Of a stretch of 64,000 nt of DNA, positions 56,769 through 64,000 are shown piece after piece. Location: assembly GCA_963845185.1 (NCBI GenBank), contig CAWJRG010000006.1, positions 32,709 to 96,708 on the forward strand, written 5' to 3'. Each line of letters opens with the position of its first letter. Positions within the stretch are counted from its first letter, which is position 1. This DNA comes from an uncultured bacterium (lineage in GTDB: Bacteria; Oederibacteriota; PGYV01; CAWJRG01). The position numbers and the translations under genes are program-made. The notes under the pieces are model-generated. The model searched no databases, had not been told where the DNA came from, and saw only the letters and a program-made list of their open reading frames with translations.

Positions 56769-59053
56769 TCATTCCCGGTAAAACAAATAAACCGCGCCGA
56801 GGGCCAGGAAAATAAACACGATAAAATAAAATAAAATCATATACAGCTCAATGTTCAGGGGATGGTATTTAAAGATAAGGTCGTGCGTCCCTTTTGCGAG
56901 CTTTACGCCCATGTATATGCCGAAACATTTTTCAAGTTCAGCGGACTTGTTGTCCACGTACACTTTCCAGCCGGGATAAAAATTATTCGAAAAAATAAAA
57001 TATCCGTCCTCGTCTATTGTGGCATTTACCTTATAAAAGGTAAAATCATATACTTTCCTCGACCAGGAAGACTGGGAAATAAGCAGGTCCGGGACATCCC
57101 TGCTTTTTGAGGCGAAAAACATGGGAAGGGCACCGTGGTTTTTGTATATCTTGAAATACGGTCCGTCGTACATCTTGTCGTAATCGGGCGCAGACATATC
57201 CGAGAGCGAAACAAGGTATTTGACGTTCAATAAATTAAGCTTGCCGGGTCCAGGATTTCGTCGTCCCTGAATATCCCGGACATGAAGTCGTGGTAACTTT
57301 TCAGCTCCAGGGCATCGTACCCGCCGGCTTCGGATATTTCAAAAAGCATGCCTGTGTTTGACGGTATCTGCATGAAGAAATTTTTGTCCGAGTCAAAAAC
57401 ACTGGTTCCGGGTATGACCCTGTCCCTGTCGGCAGCGTCCGTGTGCATGATTTTATAATTATTTGATTTAACCATGGAAACGGCAGGAATGGAAAGCGAG
57501 GCAGTGTCATATATTTTGTTCCCGACAACCGGGTTTATGCCGGATATAAAATAAAGGGACTCAAAAAACATGAAAAACACCAGGATGACCGAATAAAAAC
57601 CCGTCGAAATCCTGCCTTTTTCCTTGAAAAAGAAAAGCGCGATATTAAAGCCGAAAATAAGAAAAAATACCAGGCAGCCGTAAATGAATTTCAGGAAAAC
57701 GGGGTAATCCATGCCGTAAACTTTCATCAGCTGCAGCCGGTTGAGGATTACAAGGGCAAAAACCAGGACCATAAACAAAAACACCTTAAAAAGGCGGCTT
57801 GAAAATTTAAGGCTGAAATAACTGCTTACGCGGGAAAAAGGCGTCAGCTTGTCGAAAAGCGAAAGCTGGACCTCGTTTATGAAATTAATATTCTCCAGCG
57901 AAAAGGCAGCCATTATTGCGAACGGGAGTATAACCAGCGTCATTGCGAACGCGGGATGGCGCATGGCCGAGAAAAATGGGATAAAAGTGAAAAACCAGGA
58001 GTAAACCGGCGTGTTCCTGCCCATGGCCATGAGCAGGCCGGCGCACAATACAAGCGCACTCCACACGTAAAGCCTGTTTTTCGGGTAAAAGAAGGATACG
58101 GTAACCAGGAACAGGGCGGTTATTGTAAAAAAGTTCATTGTGCCCATGGCATAAGAAAGCCAGTCAGTTAAATAATTCATATCAACGCCTTTTATGCCCG
58201 CAGGCATCATGAAAGCCAGCAGGTTTTCGAAAGACACGGAATAAGCGGAGACTGCCCTGTAATCAAGGCCGGCCATCCTGGAAGAATTTTTCATTAATTC
58301 GAGGAACAGGCCAAGCTGGGGCAGCACAAGCAGGGCGAATGCAAATGAACTTATAAGAAAAAAAAGCAGGATTTTCATTATATAAGGCCATGAAAACCTG
58401 AATTCTTTTGTCGCGGAAAGGTGGTAAAGCCAGAAAGCGGACAACAGCAGCAGGGTATATATAAATACAGGAGGATGGCCGGACAAGAAACTTAAAGCAA
58501 GCAGGCATATAAACAGAACCCAGTAAACAACTTTTTTTTCTGCCAGGAATTTTTTGAAAACAAGTATTATCAGGGGCAAAAAAGCCAGAGCACCCAGCGC
58601 GCTGAGAAAATCAATTTTTGTCACGGTGAAAGAATTGAACAAAAAGACAAAAGAACCGGCTATCGAGGGCAGCGGGGAAAAGTTAAAAGCGCGCAAAAGA
58701 AAGTAGATGGACACGCCCATTATAACGAAATGCGCGAGCACATATATTTTCAAGGCCGGCGAAAAGTCAAGAAAATAGAAAACTATGCCCAAGGGATAAA
58801 AGGCGCCCTTTTGTATATCGGCAAGATACGGCATGCCTGAAAATACAAACGGGTTCCAGAAAGGCACGGCCCTGTTTTCAATTGACTGCTTCAGGAAATT
58901 TTTCCACGGGAAAAACTGGGTGTATATGTCGCCGATAAAGAAATTGTCCTTAAAAAAAACAGTTTTATAAAAGTAAACAAAAACTGCCAGTATTATAAAT
59001 ACGCATGCCAGGAAATCCGGGTTTATTTTACGGGGTTTGTCTGTTCCGTACAT
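56769..59053 (-). pseudogene. YfhO-like GT-C membrane glycosyltransferase, split by a 1-nt frameshift near 57241
   Basis: D...QF.PW, PFWNP..FSG.P, FYP, GHP, GYD; C-terminal LNVKY and YPGWKVYVD; one extra A restores D-P-A-K-L-N-L-L-N-V-K-Y. Confidence 0.75.
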
Positions 59054-62000
59054 TATTTTTTCTCCATCGCGCAAACCGCGTCCATTTCGGTTTTTATTTT
59101 TTTGTCTTTTGTCAGATCAAAATAACGGCCGTAATAATAACATGATTCTGAATATTTTTCCATATCTTTGAGAAGGCCGGCTTTATTGAGGTAAAGCTCG
59201 CTCACGGGGAAAGAAACCAGCTCTTTTTCAGGAGGGGATAGGGGATTTGCGGAAGGCATGCCTTTTTCTATCCCGTCGTATTCAGCCAGCGCCGCGCTGT
59301 AATTTTTGTCTTTCCAGTAAAGCACGGCAATGTTATTCCTTGCCGTGAAATAATACGGCTCGAGTTCCACCGCGGCCTTCAGGTATTTTTTGGAGAAGGT
59401 CCTCGTCATTCAAACAGGAGTAGCAAAATCCGGCGAACTCATTGTAAGTAAAAGCCCTGTAAGGGTTAAATTTTACCGCAAGATTATAATATGAGCGGGC
59501 TTCCTTATACATGTGCATTTTTGTGTAAATGCGGGCTAGGTGCAGGCAGTATGTTTCATTATGACTGTCATATTTCATGGCCAGTTCCAGGTAAAAAATT
59601 GCGGATTTTGAATCGTAAATCCCCTCGAAATATTTCCCGAGCTCAAAAAGGTATTTGTCGTTGAACTGTTCGGCAAGATACGCGTCATAAAGCGCCCCGT
59701 AATCCTTATTTTTTTCATACTGGCTGAACAAAAAACGCGACAATCCGGGGCGGAGCACAAAAACAAAAAGCAAAAAAGCGAGTATGAGCGCGGGGAAATA
59801 AGAAATGCGGGTAAAAAGCAGCAGTTCCTTGCGCACGGTCCTTAAGACGTATTTTTCCTTTACCACCATTGAGGCGGCTATCGCCATGGTATAAAGTATG
59901 CCGGGGTCGTGAAGATTAAAGTCAAAAAGAGAGTAAAATAACATGCCTATAACCGCAAAATACGCGCCTGTGCACGAGGCCCATAATTTGTTATGGCCTT
60001 CATATACGGGAGGATGTTTCAAAAGGTTAAAGGCAAGGATTATAAACAAAATAAGCCCGGGTATGCCGGTGGCGGCGCCTATCTGAAGCAGTTCATTGTG
60101 GGCAAAAGGCGTATTCATCTGGTACCTGTACACCGAGTCAACCGGGAAATTATAAAGAGGAAAAACCCGCTCGAAACTTCCTATGCCATACCCGGTCAGG
60201 GGCCTGGCCAGGATCATTTTAAAAGCGGATTTGTAAATAAGCAGCCTGTTAAAATAAAACGGGTTTTCCGAAACACCGGTTATTTTTCTGCCTGACGGCA
60301 GCAGTTTTGTGAAAGACAGCGCTATCAGGAGCAGCAAAAGGCCTGCGATAATGAAGTATTTTATCCTGGCCGCGCCGGGCGTATCCCTTGAAGCGGCGAA
60401 CTTTAACCTGTAGTAAAGCGCAACAGCCAATAAAATCACGATAAGCGTGAGTATCCCCCCCCTTGAACCGGTACAGGCATTTACGAGAATAAAAAGCGCG
60501 GCTGCGGCTGTTTTTGCCGCGAGGTTCTTGAGGTTTTTTCCAAAGAGCATTTTTGAAAGTATAAAGGCGAAAGGTATTGTCATATAACTCGCGAAAAGGT
60601 TGGCATTCGGGAAAAAGGCATCGATGGAATGGGTGTCATGAGAAAAAAACCTGTAAGCAAGCTGCATAATACCCACAGCAGACAATATAATTCCAAGAGC
60701 CACAATAAAATTGGAAAGTATTATTTTGTAAACATATTTTTTCAGGAACTGCGAAGAAAGGTAAAAAATAAGCACGGCGCCCAAAACCAGGATTAAATAC
60801 AACAGGCCCTGGTAAAGGTAGCTACTGTAGTACAGTGAAAAGGCAAACCAGGCTAGCATAAGAAGCATGGGTATGTCGACAGGCGTGCGCCTTATATTTT
60901 CCTTGCTTATAGACCACAGCGCAAAGCCTGCAACTACAAGGATGTCCATAAGGGATAAAATATAAGCCTGTTTGCCGCCGGTTATTATTGAAAGCACAAG
61001 AATGCCGCAGATAATCCAGAATATCATGTCGCGCCTTTTGCCCGGGTTTATGCCGAGCATGTAGGTGAGCCTTAGCTTTTTTATTTCGATAAGGCCTATC
61101 TTCATCTGGCTCATGAGTATGGAAATCAGCGCCACAAATACCACGGTTATTTCAAAATTATAAACGTCAAAATCAACGAGGTTGTGTATCAAAAACGCAG
61201 AAGCGCCGGTCACAAGGGAGATTACAAGTATTTTATTATGGGGTTCCCTCAAAAAATAAAAGTTTTGCATTATTGTTTTATACGCGTAAATTACCACTGC
61301 CGCAAACAGGGCCAGGCCGACAAGGCCGCTCTCCACGGTTATCTGCAAAATCACATTATGCGCGTATTTCAGATACATGGCAGGCGTGACAAGCGCCGAA
61401 TTGTAAACTTCCTCGAAACTGCCCGGGCCCGAGCCGAAAAACAAGTGCTTTTTTATTATGCCCAGCATCAGGAGGTAATCCGCGAGCCTGCCGCGCAAAT
61501 CGGGAATAATGCTGTGAAAACCCCGGAAATATAAAACAGCGGACAAAACAGCAAGAAAACATGCGATACAAACCAGGATTATTTTTTTAAAATCCCTTAT
61601 TTCAGGGTCCGAGATAAAGAATAAAATGATTAAATAAGCAAGCACCAGGGAAACAACCGCGCCTATTGATTTTGTCAGGAATAAATTAACAACCAGCAGG
61701 AGAAAAAAAGGCGCGAGAACCGGCCTGAATTTTTTTTCGTTTTTCAAAAAGCCGAGCGCTAAAGGAATTATTAATATAAGAAAGCCGGCATAGGCGTTCG
61801 GGTAAATAAAAGTGGAAAAAATACGCTTGCTCTCAAGCCGTGATTTTATATCCTCGAAATTCGCCATGGGGTGCGCGGATATAGACTGCAGGGCATCATT
61901 GAATCCGATAAAATACTGGTAAAGCCCGTATAAAGCCAGGACACCCGCAATGGCAAATATGAAATAAATGAAGTATTTATGGTAAATGCGGGAGTAATTG

Positions 62001-62326
62001 TAAATGAGGTAATAAAGAAGGAGAAAGGTGCAAAACACTACGATCGCGTTTAAAGCGCTGAATTTATTTACGGCAAAGAAAAAAGACAATATATAAAAAC
62101 AAAAAAGGAGGAAAAGGTAAGTGTCTATAGGGGTCTCAATGACGTTTTCTTCCTTTAATAATTTATTGCTCATTACGAATAAAAATCCGGCGATAACAAT
62201 CAGCGTTTTATAAAGCATGAGCAAATCAGGGTGCAAAAACGTAGGGAGAAAAAGCGACAAAGCTATAGTGAGTCCCAGTATAAAAAGCGTAACGGAGTCT
62301 ATTATTTTTAGGATTTTCTCGGTCAT
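59053..62326 (-). CDS. Tandem double O-antigen-ligase (Wzy_C/O-OTase-like) protein with C-terminal TPRs; 1-nt frameshift near 59390
   Basis: Two copies of F..PN..A / T.S.G. / G.G.GSF / AHN..LQ...E/T.G..G; the TPR tail continues in ORF 59053-59409. Confidence 0.8.
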
Positions 62327-62757
62327 TTTGCTATTTTTGCAGCTGCCTCAAGCGCCAGGTAATAACTGTTTTCCCCAAAGCCGGTAATCTGGCCAACGAC
62401 AACAGGAGCGATAAACGACTTTTGCCTGAAATCCTCCCTTTTATATATGTTGGAAAGGTGGACTTCTATGGTGGGAATATTTACCGAAGCCAGGGCGTCC
62501 CTTATTGCCACGGATGTGTGGGTATAGGCGCCGGGGTTTATTATAATGCAGTCTGCCCAGTTCAAGCCGTGCTGTATGGTGTCCACAATCTCGCCTTCAT
62601 GGTTGCTTTGAACTGTTTTAATCTCCATATCAAGCTCTTTTGCCTGTATTTCAAGGTTTTTATTTATTTTTGCAAGGTCGGTATTGCCGTATATATCAGG
62701 CTCTCTCTGGCCGAGCAGGTTTAAATTCGGGCCGTGTATAACAAGGACCTTTTTCAT
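62323..62757 (-). CDS. aroQ: Type II 3-dehydroquinate dehydratase
   Basis: GPNLNLLGQREPDIYG, QSNHEG, INPGAYTHTS, EVHLSN; GGAGG RBS places the start at 62757. Confidence 0.97.
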   Translation of the reverse strand: MKKVLVIHGPNLNLLGQREPDIYGNTDLAKINKNLEIQAKELDMEIKTVQSNHEGEIVDTIQHGLNWADCIIINPGAYTHTSVAIRDALASVNIPTIEVHLSNIYKREDFRQKSFIAPVVVGQITGFGENSYYLALEAAAKIAK

Positions 62758-62880
62758 GATTATGCCTCCGTGGTTGCTTGATTTTTTTAAGTATAACAGA
62801 AAAGCACGCGATTTCAACAGATTTTTCAGTTGAAGTTTTTGAATATAGGTTGTAAAATTGTGAAAATACGGATCCAGGAA

Positions 62881-62958
62881 GGGCTGGTAACTCAGTTTGG
62901 TTAGAGTGCCATCTTCACAGGATGGAAGTCGCCAGTTCAAATCTGGCCCAGCCCACCA
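62881..62958 (+). tRNA. tRNA-Val (anticodon CAC)
   Basis: GGGCTGG/CCAGCCC acceptor stem plus ACCA; anticodon arm CCATC-TTCACAG-GATGG; T-loop GTTCAAAT. Confidence 0.93.
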
Positions 62959-62991
62959 TGATTTTTCTTTTCCATACAAAAGCGGAGCAGA

Positions 62992-63020
62992 TTGACTATT
63001 CGCTGGACAGACTGAATAAT
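62992..63020 (+). promoter_or_regulatory. Promoter of the sORF-hypA-hypB operon
   Basis: TTGACT-17 nt-AATAAT. Confidence 0.55.
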
Positions 63021-63055
63021 GTGAAGTTCAAAATTTCAAACCGGAGGCAGTAATT

Positions 63056-63124
63056 ATGTGCAAAACGTGCGGTTGCGGCATGCCCAAGAAAACAAAAAAG
63101 AAAAAAACCAAAAAAGGCAAATAA
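63056..63124 (+). CDS. 22-aa peptide MCKTCGCGMPKKTKKKKTKKGK (CxxCGC nickel motif plus poly-Lys tail)
   Basis: GGAGG RBS at 63043-63047, ATG at 63056, TAA at 63122-63124; below the size cutoff of the ORF track. Confidence 0.7.
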   Translation: MCKTCGCGMPKKTKKKKTKKGK

Positions 63125-63152
63125 CTTTAGAACAATATTTACGGAGTAAATC

Positions 63153-63494
63153 ATGCATGAAGTCTCAATAGCCGAAGAAATCAGGGATATAGTCCTGGAA
63201 AAATTAAAGGAACATAAGGCAAGCAAGGTGAGTAAAATAAAATTAATGATAGGCGAGCTCACCACCATAGTACCTGAAGCACTTAAGTTTGCCCTTGAAA
63301 TAGTTTCGGACAAGACAGCAATGCAGGGCGCAAAAATACAGATAAAGACTGTAAAAACAAAAGTAAAATGCCTAAAATGCAAAAGGAAATTTAAAGCCGT
63401 TGATTTTGATTATGCCTGCCGGGCTTGCAAAAGCCAGGATGTCAGAATCATTGAAGGAAAAGAAATGATAATAAAGACTATTGATATGGAGTAA
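63153..63494 (+). CDS. hypA: Hydrogenase nickel incorporation protein HypA
   Basis: MHE.SIA, IGELT...PEAL.F, CxxC...CxxC, GKEM. Confidence 0.95.
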   Translation: MHEVSIAEEIRDIVLEKLKEHKASKVSKIKLMIGELTTIVPEALKFALEIVSDKTAMQGAKIQIKTVKTKVKCLKCKRKFKAVDFDYACRACKSQDVRIIEGKEMIIKTIDME

Positions 63495-63498
63495 CGAT

Positions 63499-64000
63499 AT
63501 GGCCAAAATCGATGTTTTTGAAAATATCATGAAGCGCAACGAGGCTAATGCCGCGAAAAACAAGAAAATAATAGGAAAGTCCCTGTGCATCAATATTATG
63601 AGCTCGCCGGGCGCAGGCAAGACAACCATACTTGAGCGCACAATGGAAATACTCGGAAAAAAATATAAAATTGCCGTAATTGAAGGGGATGTGGCAACAT
63701 CCAATGACGCGAAAAGAATCAAGAAATACAAAATACCAGTGTACCAGATAAAGACGGAGAACTACGGTGGCGGCTGCCACCTGGACGCGGCCATGGTAAA
63801 CAGCGCGCTTAAAAAATTAGGCGCTGGAAAGAAAAGGTATGATATTATTATAATTGAAAATGTAGGCAACCTTATATGCCCGGCTGATTTCGCGCTTGGC
63901 GAGGATAAAAAGGTGGTTGTGCTTTCCGTTACCGAAGGGGAAGACAAGCCGCTTAAATACCCTCTGATGTTTCAGGTGGCGGATGCGATGGTACTTAATA
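63499..64000 (+). CDS. hypB: Hydrogenase nickel incorporation GTPase HypB (runs off the window end)
   Basis: MSSPGAGKTT, IEGD, GGCHLDA, ENVGNLICPA.F.LGE, TEGEDKPLKYP. Confidence 0.95.
   Translation, partial: MAKIDVFENIMKRNEANAAKNKKIIGKSLCINIMSSPGAGKTTILERTMEILGKKYKIAVIEGDVATSNDAKRIKKYKIPVYQIKTENYGGGCHLDAAMVNSALKKLGAGKKRYDIIIIENVGNLICPADFALGEDKKVVVLSVTEGEDKPLKYPLMFQVADAMVLN

Noticed and set aside
62758-62979. N-terminal extension of AroQ in the ORF track
   Set aside because: It is the antisense of tRNA-Val plus promoter DNA; the RBS supports a start at 62757
1-64000. Numerous 60-240-aa ORFs antisense to or overlapping the called genes
   Set aside because: They are shadow frames of well-supported genes, with no motifs or RBS; the Val/Gly-rich ones are simply the antisense of Thr/Pro linkers
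1-64000. CRISPR array or cas genes
   Set aside because: All repeats found are in-frame coding repeats (PQQ, NHL, linkers); there is no repeat-spacer pattern

Overview
Bacterial chromosomal window from an AT-rich, probably anaerobic organism. It has strong AGGAGG ribosome-binding sites and TTGACA/TATAAT promoters, so it is not Bacteroidota-like. The many Thr/Pro-linker secreted proteins recall Ca. Goldiibacteriota/Firestonebacteria/FCPU426-type genomes, but that is inference only. Positions 1-31.4 kb are mostly housekeeping: nrdJ, three tandem PilZ genes, an M23 peptidase with bactofilin, gltX, lepA, queE, a LemA-like gene overlapping rnpB, guaB-guaA, xerD, glmU-prs-rplY-pth and comEA-comEC. 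Positions 31.7-56.7 kb are largely accessory. They encode five large secreted beta-propeller proteins (PQQ-like or NHL) with mucin-like Thr/Pro linkers and a shared T9SS-CTD/FlgD-like C-terminal domain. They also hold a debris island (truncated gene, IS110, MNT/HEPN modules, RHS remnant, IS200/IS605-like palindromic element), plus def-fmt and PDO/Trx-trxB. The end of the window carries a double O-antigen-ligase gene and a YfhO-like GT-C gene (each with one frameshift), aroQ, tRNA-Val(CAC) and hypA-hypB. The best leads are: (i) a CTD-tagged, Cys-bracketed modular surface-protein family with adjacent candidate glycosylation machinery outside Bacteroidota; (ii) an unannotated 22-aa MCKTCGCG peptide heading the hypAB operon, which carries the nickel motif missing from this HypB; (iii) a protease prodomain encoded as its own secreted gene; (iv) an RNase P RNA lacking P18 and overlapping a CDS; (v) a candidate IS110 bridge/seek RNA. 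All calls come from reading motifs by eye; no database searches were run.
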